Source: a virus
Lineage: Duplodnaviria; Caudoviricetes
Direction: 5' to 3' (one strand)
DNA length: 64,000 nt
Virus record (IMG/VR): IMGVR_UViG_3300037484_001420
Coordinates: 5,811-69,810 of that record
Shown one piece after another: positions 55,389 through 63,496 of this stretch. The notes beneath the pieces were generated by a model, which made no database searches, had not been told where the DNA came from, and was given only the letters and a program-made list of their open reading frames with translations. The position numbers and the translations under genes are program-made. The first letter of the stretch is position 1, and every line of letters begins with the position of its first letter.

Positions 55389-55468
55389 TGAAGTTCGCGG
55401 GAGGGAATCAAACCCTCGCTACGCGTTAACCCTGGTCATCCCAAGGCGCCGAACCATCGGCCGCGAAC
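55389..55468 (-). ncRNA. Non-canonical tRNA-like element
   Basis: GTTCGCGG/CCGCGAAC 8-bp acceptor stem, CCGA-TGGT-TCGG D-arm, CCTTGG-GATGA-CCAGGG arm, GAGGG-TTTGATT-CCCTC T-arm, 3' T-TCA; no canonical anticodon loop. Confidence 0.65.
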
Positions 55469-55469
55469 G

Positions 55470-55652
55470 TTAATAAGCGCCCATCACGCGCTTCGCGATT
55501 TTGTCGCGGGTCGGCTTGAAGCCGTGTTCCACCGCGTTAAGCAATCGCTTCTGCTTCGCCGCCTTCGCGGGAGTCGTCGCTTTCGCCTTCACTCCGCCGG
55601 GAGTAGAGACGCGCACCTTACCTTTTCCAACCGATTTGATTTTGACTGGCAT
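55470..55652 (-). CDS. Small highly basic protein
   Basis: 60 aa K/R-rich MPVKIK...QKRLLNAVEHGFKP; own promoter. Confidence 0.75.
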   Translation of the reverse strand: MPVKIKSVGKGKVRVSTPGGVKAKATTPAKAAKQKRLLNAVEHGFKPTRDKIAKRVMGAY

Positions 55653-55659
55653 ACCCTCA

Positions 55660-55688
55660 ATAGTCTCCCGCTCAGGCCATCAGAGCAA
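55660..55688 (-). promoter_or_regulatory. Promoter TTGCTC-N17-GACTAT
   Basis: Shares ACTATTGAGGG with the capsid promoter; ATG is 7 nt downstream. Confidence 0.7.
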
Positions 55689-55775
55689 TCGCGATTTCAG
55701 ACCACACAATCAGCCGCAAAATGAAACGGTCTGAGAGCGTCTGCAAAATCGTGCGGGATTGGCTGAAGGGAAGAG

Positions 55776-56423
55776 TCATGGACTTAACAGTGACTCGGCA
55801 ATCTCGGCGCTATCTGGCGTGTTCACTGGAAACACAATCGGATTCACCAGTGCGTTTCGGTCGCGATAGTCCTGGGGCACCCAATCGAATACACGGGCCG
55901 CAGAGACGTCCATGTTCTCACAGAGGGCACAAAGCATCCCCCAGGGCAACCCGTGCCGATTCAGTAGGAGCATCTCGCCCAGTTCATTGGTCTCCGCGTA
56001 GACAACCAGCTCAGGACCCCAGCGATACGGCTCGATGGTGAAAAAGGACGGGACTCCCGCTGCCCAGCACATCGCTTGAATTGTGGTCGCCCTGGTCATC
56101 GCCTCCCACTTCGCCTGCGGGAGAACGCCAAGCCGGATGCTCACCAGCACGCGCCGGGCGCCTGGGATGTAGGGCACCTGCGCCTCGTCAGCCGCTTTTC
56201 GCAACGCCGCCCGAAGCTCATGCCCGGTGAGAAACGCGATTACCTTGTTGTAGCGCGCCGCAACCGCCGGAAAAGCCCGCTCGGCTAGGCTCACGAAAAA
56301 CCCAGGCACCGCACCACCCCAGCAGGTCCGCAGAGCGGCATCGCGCGCTCGGGTCACGCGCATTAGGGTTGTGGGGTGCTTCAACTTCAGAAGTTGACCA
56401 AAGGTGAGGTTATTAATTCGCAT
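55776..56423 (-). CDS. Hypothetical protein
   Basis: 215 aa; start overlaps the upstream stop. Confidence 0.65.
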   Translation of the reverse strand: MRINNLTFGQLLKLKHPTTLMRVTRARDAALRTCWGGAVPGFFVSLAERAFPAVAARYNKVIAFLTGHELRAALRKAADEAQVPYIPGARRVLVSIRLGVLPQAKWEAMTRATTIQAMCWAAGVPSFFTIEPYRWGPELVVYAETNELGEMLLLNRHGLPWGMLCALCENMDVSAARVFDWVPQDYRDRNALVNPIVFPVNTPDSAEIAESLLSP

Positions 56424-56790
56424 AATTGCAAGCGTCTAGTGTGCCGTGATTGTCTTGTGCGTCGTTCAGCCAAAGGGTGCGAACGAAGGCCCGCCCGGCT
56501 TGGTCCGGCTGATTAAGGACCAGCACGAGGTCTCGGCTGGAGTCCAGTGCCTGCCGGACGACTACTTTCACCGCCACGCCGTTGTCGACTAAGGCCTCGA
56601 CTATCTCCGGATAGAGCACCTCGACTTCGTGCGGGGCCTGCCAAGCCCCCCGCGCGTTATAGCGGTCGGAGGCGGCAGCCATGCGAGCGTGGCGGCTATA
56701 ATTCAGGTAAAGAGAGCTGCCCAGAAAAGAGGCAACTGCGGCCCGGGGAACGCCCCCCGGCAGGTCTCGGTGATATAATCCGTTTTTCAT
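56413..56790 (-). CDS. DUF4258/BrnT-like putative RNase-fold protein
   Basis: 125 aa from ATG 56790; LNYSRHA..DRY..IVE..KVVVR..DLVLVL..VRTLWLN..DNHGTL. Confidence 0.5.
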   Translation of the reverse strand: MKNGLYHRDLPGGVPRAAVASFLGSSLYLNYSRHARMAAASDRYNARGAWQAPHEVEVLYPEIVEALVDNGVAVKVVVRQALDSSRDLVLVLNQPDQAGRAFVRTLWLNDAQDNHGTLDACNYAN

Positions 56791-56797
56791 TGCGTCG

Positions 56798-56826
56798 AAT
56801 TTAAGCGATTCCAGGTCCCGCGTCAA
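56798..56826 (-). promoter_or_regulatory. Promoter TTGACG-N17-TAAATT with AAAATAATTG UP element
   Basis: Same upstream AAAATAAWTG-TTGAC as the 6431 promoter; ATG is 7 nt downstream. Confidence 0.8.
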
Positions 56827-56835
56827 CAATTATTT

Positions 56836-57015
56836 TCAACAATCTCGCACCCGCCGGTAGAAGGGCAGCGCGAAGTGGTCAACTGCGTCGCGCACCGGCG
56901 GTTCCTCCTCGCACTCCGGGATGGTGCCACCATGGCGGTATCTACAGTCCGGACACTGGCCCGAACTGCTCGGCTTTCCGCAGGTATCGCAACGGCGTTC
57001 ATCGGTCGTGCTCAC
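56836..57015 (-). CDS. Small Zn-finger protein
   Basis: GTG start overlapping the upstream TGA; CDTCGK...CPDC. Confidence 0.6.
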   Translation of the reverse strand: MSTTDERRCDTCGKPSSSGQCPDCRYRHGGTIPECEEEPPVRDAVDHFALPFYRRVRDC

Positions 57016-57584
57016 AGGTAAAACAAGTTTTGACGGCGCGGCCGAGGCGGGTTGTCCTCCACAACCGCCCAAATGCGGTCGGGCTCCGGCTGCACGCCGA
57101 AATACTCCACAACTCGATGCAGGACAGTCTTAGGCGAGTGCATCAGGTCCAGGTAGTGCACCACGCACCGCTGGCATCCGTCAGGAAGCGCCTCAGGAAT
57201 GACCCACTTCTCCATGAAACCGGCGTAATACGGCAGATACGTGTGAAGCATGCTCCGGATATACGGAGAGGAATTCTCTCGGCCGGTCCACGAGTTCCAG
57301 GACTGGGTTGCGTCAAAAAAATCTCGCACCGAAATCAGATACTTTGACCCCGGCACAATCTCATCCGTCAAGTCAAAGTCGTGGCTCTTCAGAAAGTGCG
57401 GGCTGGCCGCGTGGGCACGGTCTTCCTCGAAGCGCAGCGCTGCCACAAGGCGCGGGTCTTCGTGGTCGTGCGGATAAACAGCGGAGTAGTGAAACTCCGG
57501 ACCGAAGTAGGCACGCAGCAACGCGGCGAGGTAGGTGTGCCCGCTCCGGGGATAGCTCATGGACCGCACAAGCGGCAGTGTCAT
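57012..57584 (-). CDS. Sulfotransferase (PAPS-dependent)
   Basis: 5'-PSB SYPRSGHT, KSHD, 3'-PB ISVRD..D...S, VHYLDL..SP...L..V.EYFG. Confidence 0.82.
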   Translation of the reverse strand: MTLPLVRSMSYPRSGHTYLAALLRAYFGPEFHYSAVYPHDHEDPRLVAALRFEEDRAHAASPHFLKSHDFDLTDEIVPGSKYLISVRDFFDATQSWNSWTGRENSSPYIRSMLHTYLPYYAGFMEKWVIPEALPDGCQRCVVHYLDLMHSPKTVLHRVVEYFGVQPEPDRIWAVVEDNPPRPRRQNLFYL

Positions 57585-57853
57585 CGCCGCACCCACTTTC
57601 CCCCGCGCCGGTGCATGCCGGGCATCCGGTGATTAACCCACTGTTCCCCGTCCCACCGCTTAATCTGGGTGCCGATAAACTTCAGGGCACCATTCTCAGG
57701 ACACACTTTCCGAGCGGGAACGGCTATCCCTTGGGCGAGGTTATTCGCCTCCCGAACGGAAATTTTCCGAACGAGGGGGTGCCACTCCTGATTAATAACC
57801 GGCTGCTTTTTAGCATCCGCCAACGATTGCATCAGACGTTTGTGTAGTTTCAT
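57581..57853 (-). CDS. Hypothetical basic protein
   Basis: 90 aa; coupled to the sulfotransferase gene. Confidence 0.6.
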   Translation of the reverse strand: MKLHKRLMQSLADAKKQPVINQEWHPLVRKISVREANNLAQGIAVPARKVCPENGALKFIGTQIKRWDGEQWVNHRMPGMHRRGGKWVRR

Positions 57854-58048
57854 AGTTCAAAAAATTCATTCGGACGGTGAAGCGAAAAAAGGCCCCGAAG
57901 ATGGCGCGCCTGCCAATGCCGCACGAGCATACATCCACTGGCCAGCCGGGCTATGGTCTCCCGATTTGTCGGCGGCACCTGCGGCTGTATCCGGCCGGGG
58001 AAGCTGGCAAAGCCATGGTGCCTCGGCGCGAGCAGCGGCGCCGGTGCG

Positions 58049-58294
58049 CTATTCAAAGTAGGATTCGACGATTTCATTGCGCTTGTCCTGGGAGTTGGTG
58101 CCATACCATTTCGCGAGGAACCGCTTCGACTGCGCGCCGGGCTGCAAAAAGCCCGTGTTTCTGCGAAGCGCGGAGTGGAGCACAATGCCCGTCTCCACGT
58201 CGCCGTTGAAGCTGCACGCGCGGGAGAAGTTGTCTTCCGGTTTCACCTGGGAAGCCCGCTCGTTGTCTTGAATAATCCAATTTAGGTCACGCAT
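58049..58294 (-). CDS. Hypothetical protein
   Basis: 81 aa. Confidence 0.55.
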   Translation of the reverse strand: MRDLNWIIQDNERASQVKPEDNFSRACSFNGDVETGIVLHSALRRNTGFLQPGAQSKRFLAKWYGTNSQDKRNEIVESYFE

Positions 58295-58295
58295 A

Positions 58296-58538
58296 TTATT
58301 TAGGACTGTAGTTGTAAATCGCGGCCAACCAGCTTACGGCAAACCCGCGCTGGCGGGCAAGGGGACGTCCGCAGTTCGCGCACTCTGCCCGGCGGATGGT
58401 CGGGCGCCCTCGGCCCTGGGTGCTGCGCCGCTTCATAATCGAGTAACCGTGCTCCCCACAAGGGCAGGCACCGCTCTTCGCCAGCGCCAAAGGCAGATTG
58501 TCCGCAGGCATCCAATCGGGTTGAAAATTGCTGTCCAT
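58296..58538 (-). CDS. Zn-ribbon protein
   Basis: 80 aa from ATG 58538; CPCG...CANCG. Confidence 0.6.
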   Translation of the reverse strand: MDSNFQPDWMPADNLPLALAKSGACPCGEHGYSIMKRRSTQGRGRPTIRRAECANCGRPLARQRGFAVSWLAAIYNYSPK

Positions 58539-58540
58539 AA

Positions 58541-58735
58541 TCAGTTCAGTTTCAGAAAATCCGCAATCTCGCCCATCAGACAGTCGCACTTCGAGGCCGA
58601 ATTCCAAATCGGATGGTTACTCGGGCAGCGCTTGTGCTGGCGGCTGAACCGGGCACTCGCACAGTCCGACTGATGGTCCAGCGCGTAATACGCTCGGAGG
58701 AGCAGGGCTTGCGCTTTTTCGTCTTTCTCGTTCAC
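58541..58735 (-). CDS. Small Cys/His-rich protein
   Basis: 64 aa, GTG start 6 nt after a promoter -10; HQSDC..C..H..CDC. Confidence 0.6.
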   Translation of the reverse strand: MNEKDEKAQALLLRAYYALDHQSDCASARFSRQHKRCPSNHPIWNSASKCDCLMGEIADFLKLN

Positions 58736-58741
58736 ATGGGC

Positions 58742-58770
58742 AGTCTCTCACAGGAAGCGCGCGACGTCAA
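58742..58770 (-). promoter_or_regulatory. Promoter TTGACG-N17-GAGACT
   Basis: Family member with AT-rich upstream sequence. Confidence 0.65.
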
Positions 58771-58799
58771 CACTTAAAATACGATTTCAGCTAGCCTAA

Positions 58800-60287
58800 T
58801 CAGAAGCATAAGTTCGACGGATTTACATCGGCATCGGTCAGCGCGTCAATGTTGTTCAGCTTCGGGCAAATCGCCCGGTGCATTTTTACCTCGACGGTCT
58901 TGTTCGCAAAAATGACCCGGTAAAAACAGCGGGATAAACCGCCGTCGCGGTGTAGTCGGCCGAAAATCTGCTGCATCACCACTGCCGAAAAAACTGGGGA
59001 CACAAGGCCAATTCGCGGATGGAGCCCGTCCAGGTCCTGGAGCGACATCGACTCTTTGCCCGCTTCTGCGTTGACAATCAGCTCCCGGCCCCGATTTGTC
59101 TGGAAGGTGTTTATCACCTCGTCCCGCTTTCCGGTTTGACCGTCGATGACCCCCGCTTTTGGAAAGCGTTTGAGAAGCTCGTCAATCGTCTGCCGGAAAT
59201 TGACAAACCAGACAACCGACAGACCTTTGTCTAAGTAGTCCTGGCCCAGCTCGGAAAAAATCGGCACCTTCAGCAACTCGACTTGCTGCCGGGCGCGGAG
59301 GATTTTCGTCAGCGGATGTTCGGCGGATTTGTCCCCGGCAGTGTGAAGCGCGAGTTGTTCCAAAGCTGCCGCCATTTCCTGGTAGCAGGAATCCACTGCC
59401 GCCGGGTCGTCCAGGTCGTAAAGCTCCGCCTGAATGTCGCGCTGCGGGAACCCCGGGATGTCGTCGTAATCAAGTCTAATTCCCCTTTCAGGGATGATGC
59501 GCGCGCGAATTTGCAGCATGATTTCGCGCTGCCGAGTCTGGCCAGCGAACCACTTCAAGCCCCGAAAGTCCGGGTCCCGTCGAACGCCATACTGCGAAGC
59601 CCAGCGATAGAATTTTTGGCGCAACAATCGCTTTCGCGGGTCTATCAGGTCGTGGTCCAGATTGTGCAGGTCCAATGCGAAGCCAATGCCCCGCATTCCA
59701 ATCGGGCTCGATGCCGGGGTCGCAGAAAGCATGGTAAGCTTCGCACCGGACCGCTTCGCCGAAATCAGCATGTCCGCGTTTAAGGAATCCACGGCTCCGC
59801 ACCGATGCACCTCGTCGAAAACTATATTCCGAATTCCCTGATGAAAATGGAATTTTCCATAACGGGCGGTCTTCTTCTTGGCCTCCAGGCAATGAATCCC
59901 GGCCGGGTGCGCGTAGCACGGCCTGAACTTTTCCAGGTCTACGATTTGTTGGCAGCTTGTGCATTGAAAATATTTTGTTGGTTTCGGGTCTGGGTTGTCC
60001 CACCAGCCAAACGGTGCCCGGCCGGTTCGCAACATTTCGTAGCCGACCACTGAAACTTTATCACCGAAGTGGGCGGCAGCTCGGTGCCAATTTGACACCG
60101 CGATTTTGGGGCATACCACCAAAGTGGGCAGCCGAGAGGAGGCGGCGACGGCAGCACTAATGTAGGTTTTGCCGGACCCGCAAACCGACATATCCAGCGC
60201 AGAGTCGAAAGCCTGCAACACGCTTTCGAGGTGTGTTGCAGGCTTGCGTTGCCAAGGGCGAAGCCGCTCTAGGATTTCCGGCGTCAT
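58800..60287 (-). CDS. SF2 (SNF2-like) helicase with Zn-ribbon insertion
   Basis: CGSGKT, VFDEVH, SATP, QIFGRLHR; insertion CTSC...HPAGIHC. Confidence 0.88.
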   Translation of the reverse strand: MTPEILERLRPWQRKPATHLESVLQAFDSALDMSVCGSGKTYISAAVAASSRLPTLVVCPKIAVSNWHRAAAHFGDKVSVVGYEMLRTGRAPFGWWDNPDPKPTKYFQCTSCQQIVDLEKFRPCYAHPAGIHCLEAKKKTARYGKFHFHQGIRNIVFDEVHRCGAVDSLNADMLISAKRSGAKLTMLSATPASSPIGMRGIGFALDLHNLDHDLIDPRKRLLRQKFYRWASQYGVRRDPDFRGLKWFAGQTRQREIMLQIRARIIPERGIRLDYDDIPGFPQRDIQAELYDLDDPAAVDSCYQEMAAALEQLALHTAGDKSAEHPLTKILRARQQVELLKVPIFSELGQDYLDKGLSVVWFVNFRQTIDELLKRFPKAGVIDGQTGKRDEVINTFQTNRGRELIVNAEAGKESMSLQDLDGLHPRIGLVSPVFSAVVMQQIFGRLHRDGGLSRCFYRVIFANKTVEVKMHRAICPKLNNIDALTDADVNPSNLCF

Positions 60288-60565
60288 CCGCCGCGCGTGA
60301 CGTTATCGGCAAGCATCATGCAGAAGTTTGCCACGTCGGCGCACTCGTTCGCGACGTCATCAGCGGGTATTCCCATCCCCTCGCACTGGCTCACCTCCTC
60401 GACTTCCTCGTCGATACAGTCCATCAAGGCCCAGAAGTCCATGCTCGACCAGCCCTCGCGGTCGCCTTTGTGCCGGTTCAGGCTAAGCTTGTATTCCATC
60501 CGCTTCGCAAAGGCGAGCACAAACGGCCACGTCGGTGATTTTAGGTCAGGCTCCGGTATCTTCAC
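60284..60565 (-). CDS. MazG-like (all-alpha) NTP pyrophosphohydrolase
   Basis: EEVEEV...ECADVANFCMML motif. Confidence 0.75.
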   Translation of the reverse strand: MKIPEPDLKSPTWPFVLAFAKRMEYKLSLNRHKGDREGWSSMDFWALMDCIDEEVEEVSQCEGMGIPADDVANECADVANFCMMLADNVTRGG

Positions 60566-61938
60566 TTCAAACCCCCGTTCTCGACCACGAACACGCCAAC
60601 CTCAGCCGGTGCGGTCGCTGGTTTCTCCCCCACTATCGTGGCCAGAATTGTTTTCTCTTCTCGCTTCGCTTTCTCCACGAACGAGAAAATGGATTTGCCC
60701 AGACTTTCAGCGCGGTCAATCAAATCCAACCCGAAGCCCTCGGGATACAGTGCCGACAGCGCAGAGGAAAGCTGCATTACTTGCGCAGTGGATAGCATGC
60801 CCGCGTGCGTCCCCTCGTAAGTCAGATTGCCCGCCTCATCAAAACACAGGCCGGGAATCTTGTTGTTTAAACTGGAGAGGAACGCAATCCGCTCTCGGCG
60901 ATACGAATTGATATTTTGCAGCACCGCGTGCAACTGCGCCTCGTCATTCCTCCGCATGTCTTCACGCGCAAGTTCTTTGACGTGGTGCTCGTAACGCGCG
61001 TTGTTCGCGTATGCCTCCCGAAGCGATTGCTCCAGGGCTGCCACGTCGGGCTGCACAGCGGCAAGTTGCGCCTCCAGGCTGAGAATTTCACCCGGGTCGG
61101 ACACCAGAGCCGCAGGTGGCTCCAGACGTGGATTAGCTTCGAGCCAAGCGTTGATGGATTTATTGGTGTCCTCCAGCGCCGCTATCTGGGAACGCAAACT
61201 CTCGATGCGCTTGCAATTCACCTCAAGGTCCCCCCGCGCCCGGTCTCGTTCAAGCCGCCGGGTGTCGGCTGCCGTTTGCAGTGCTGCGAACCCGGCTCGG
61301 GACGCTTCTTGTTTGTCACGCACCTCATTTATTATGTGGCGGAGCGCTGCCCGGGTATCTTCGGCTAAATCCACGCGCGTTTTAATGGTCGCTTTAATGG
61401 CGCCCACGTCCACGAACATAACCGGCGTTAGGTCAATCTCCCCATAGCCGGAAAGCTTCGCCCGCAACGTGGACGCTACTTGCTCCATCGCGGCGAGGCG
61501 GTTGTCAATCTCCGAGGTGTCGGCGCCAAGGACTGAGACGAAGTAGCGCTTCCGCTCCGGCTCGGTCATGTCCCGCAAATAATCCTGGTTGAGCAGAAAC
61601 GGATTAAGAAATGACTTCAGTTCTTTCACCGGGTTACTCACTGGCCGTCCATCCCGCTCGAACACAATCTCGCGGGCCTTCGTGGTGCCGTCCTTGCCAA
61701 CATAGAATTCACGCCGGACCGAGCCATTCTCAAAATCCAGTTGAATCGACGCGTCGGCTTTGCCGTGCTGGATGATGTCGGAGGGAAAAGCGCCCCCCAT
61801 GACCCACCGCACGCAGTTCAGGATGGTAGTTTTGCCCTGGCGGATTTCACCGTAGAAAAGCATCAGGGGTTTGTTCAGCTCAATCGCCATGTCCGCGATT
61901 GGCCCAATATTTTGAATCGTTAGTTTTGTGACTTTCAT
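60562..61938 (-). CDS. Rad50/SMC-like ATPase
   Basis: GEIRQGKTT, long coiled coil, LSTAQ signature, LIDRAESL; start at ATG 61938. Confidence 0.82.
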   Translation of the reverse strand: MKVTKLTIQNIGPIADMAIELNKPLMLFYGEIRQGKTTILNCVRWVMGGAFPSDIIQHGKADASIQLDFENGSVRREFYVGKDGTTKAREIVFERDGRPVSNPVKELKSFLNPFLLNQDYLRDMTEPERKRYFVSVLGADTSEIDNRLAAMEQVASTLRAKLSGYGEIDLTPVMFVDVGAIKATIKTRVDLAEDTRAALRHIINEVRDKQEASRAGFAALQTAADTRRLERDRARGDLEVNCKRIESLRSQIAALEDTNKSINAWLEANPRLEPPAALVSDPGEILSLEAQLAAVQPDVAALEQSLREAYANNARYEHHVKELAREDMRRNDEAQLHAVLQNINSYRRERIAFLSSLNNKIPGLCFDEAGNLTYEGTHAGMLSTAQVMQLSSALSALYPEGFGLDLIDRAESLGKSIFSFVEKAKREEKTILATIVGEKPATAPAEVGVFVVENGGLK

Positions 61939-61966
61939 TGTCTGAAATTTATATACGTTTTTCTGA

Positions 61967-62359
61967 CTAAAGCCCGGCTGGCCCGTCGTCAACCTCGCCA
62001 GCGGCGGTCTCGCCAGCGGCGGTCTCGGCTTCCAGTTCCTTTTGCAGCAACGCGAGGGCTCTCCAGGCCATCTTTGCCGAGTGCCGAATCCCGTCAGTGT
62101 CCAGGGTGCCGCGCTGCAAAAAGTGGCGAATCATTGTGTCCGCTTCATCGCCGGATTTCGAGCGGTCCCAGTGCAGCGGCTTGCCCGCGTTGTGCTGCTC
62201 GTTGCCCCGGTAAGACACGTTAGCGATTACGGCCAGCGCGTCGGGAAAATAGTCCAGGACCCCGCTCGTGACCGGGAACTTTTTCCGCTCTGCGGCAGTC
62301 TCCGGTAACAGGGACGCACGAAGCGGCGCCCCACCAATTCCAATCATTGTTTTTTCCAT
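61967..62359 (-). CDS. dATP/dGTP diphosphohydrolase domain protein (DUF5664-like)
   Basis: RKKFP..GVLDYFPDAL..IA.VS..GNEQH..W......RH..D.DG..HSAK.AWR.L..L. Confidence 0.8.
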   Translation of the reverse strand: MEKTMIGIGGAPLRASLLPETAAERKKFPVTSGVLDYFPDALAVIANVSYRGNEQHNAGKPLHWDRSKSGDEADTMIRHFLQRGTLDTDGIRHSAKMAWRALALLQKELEAETAAGETAAGEVDDGPAGL

Positions 62360-62361
62360 AA

Positions 62362-62862
62362 TCAAGAACGTTTCGGAGTTTCAATCGAGAGGCGCCCGCC
62401 GACAAGGTCGTCGGGATAGTCAGTAAAACGAAATTTCATCTCCTCGACATCCACAACTTCGTGCTCGCCTCCAAAAGCTGCTTTTCCCGGGCGGCGCTCA
62501 AAAGTCGGGCGCGTCATGTAGTGAATTGGAATGCTCAGACCGACCGCGATGTCGTGCTCCGCTTTTACTCCCGTCGATTGGCGCCACCCTGGGATGGTCA
62601 GAATTACCAACCGAACCGAGGCGTGGAGATACTCGGTGTCAATTTGCTTCCAAAAAGACCAATCACCGTCCAGGCCAATTTCGTGCAGCGGGTGCGAGTG
62701 CGTTATCGGTGAAAAAACATTCCACCGAAAATAACGAATCAGCGCAACCGTCGCCTCGCTGGCTGCCAAGGCGCGGTCCGCTTGGACCTTTGCTCGGACT
62801 TTTGGGTCCGGGTCCGGATACGTGTAGGGACACGCGAGATACGTGAGGAAAGGCTTAATCAT
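62362..62862 (-). CDS. DUF1937 / nucleoside deoxyribosyltransferase-like protein
   Basis: YLACPYT...VFSPITHSH..W..W...D..L.....L.IPGW.QS.GV.AE. Confidence 0.8.
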   Translation of the reverse strand: MIKPFLTYLACPYTYPDPDPKVRAKVQADRALAASEATVALIRYFRWNVFSPITHSHPLHEIGLDGDWSFWKQIDTEYLHASVRLVILTIPGWRQSTGVKAEHDIAVGLSIPIHYMTRPTFERRPGKAAFGGEHEVVDVEEMKFRFTDYPDDLVGGRLSIETPKRS

Positions 62863-63488
62863 GACACTTGGTTTAAAAATGCGGTTGTGTTCTGCATCCC
62901 GGCGAACGGCTGAGGCGCAGTGTCATTCCAGATGACCTTTAATTTTCGGCCGGGAGGAAGCTTACTCAACTTGTTTGTGGCATCCATCTCCAGCGTCGCT
63001 ATAAGCTGGCTGGCCGCGCGCTGGGCTGCCGCTGGAGAGCGCCGCCGGGCTCGGGTGGCCTCCGACGCCATGACGTGCCAGAACTCTGCCCCAGCGGCTC
63101 GCAGGGCTCTGAAATCGGCTGCGTCAGAGATGCCCGTGACTACGTTCCGGGTGCCCAAAAGCTGGTGCTGGAGCCAACTCTTGCCGGTGCCCGCCCGGCC
63201 CGTGATGACCAGTAAGGGTCTATTTCCGGGGCCGACTACCCGGGCGATGGCGGCTTCCTGGTCGGGGGTAGGAGTCGCCGGAGGCGGAGGTGGTGATGGC
63301 TTGGGAGCCACAGGGGTAGGGGTTGGCGCCAGAACCATGTTCTTCTCTTCCGGAGGCACCTCCGCCCCGGTAATCGCGGGATTGTTCATCAGCTTAATCA
63401 GGTCATTCAGGGACGCCAACTCCGAGCTTGTCGACTTCGGAGCGGGCGGCACCTTTATGTTTTTAGGAATCAATACGTCGTCTGCCAT
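62859..63488 (-). CDS. P-loop (NMP kinase-like) protein with Pro-rich N-terminus
   Basis: 209 aa from ATG 63488; LLVITGRAGTGKS. Confidence 0.6.
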   Translation of the reverse strand: MADDVLIPKNIKVPPAPKSTSSELASLNDLIKLMNNPAITGAEVPPEEKNMVLAPTPTPVAPKPSPPPPPATPTPDQEAAIARVVGPGNRPLLVITGRAGTGKSWLQHQLLGTRNVVTGISDAADFRALRAAGAEFWHVMASEATRARRRSPAAAQRAASQLIATLEMDATNKLSKLPPGRKLKVIWNDTAPQPFAGMQNTTAFLNQVS

Positions 63489-63496
63489 AAAAAGAG

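Noticed and set aside
1086-55430. Genome-wide enrichment of GTTAAC or AACGTT
   Set aside because: The counts seen are close to rough expectation (about 10 each). Only the paired copies at 1086 and 1235 stand out.
55389-55468. Functional tRNA-Sec or tRNA-His
   Set aside because: There is no UCA or GUG anticodon in a 7-nt U33 loop, no long variable arm, and the 3' end is TCA. It is kept only as tRNA-like.
60284-62862. Z-genome (2-aminoadenine) pathway
   Set aside because: dNTP hydrolases are present, but no PurZ/PurA-like gene is visible in the window, so the claim cannot be supported.
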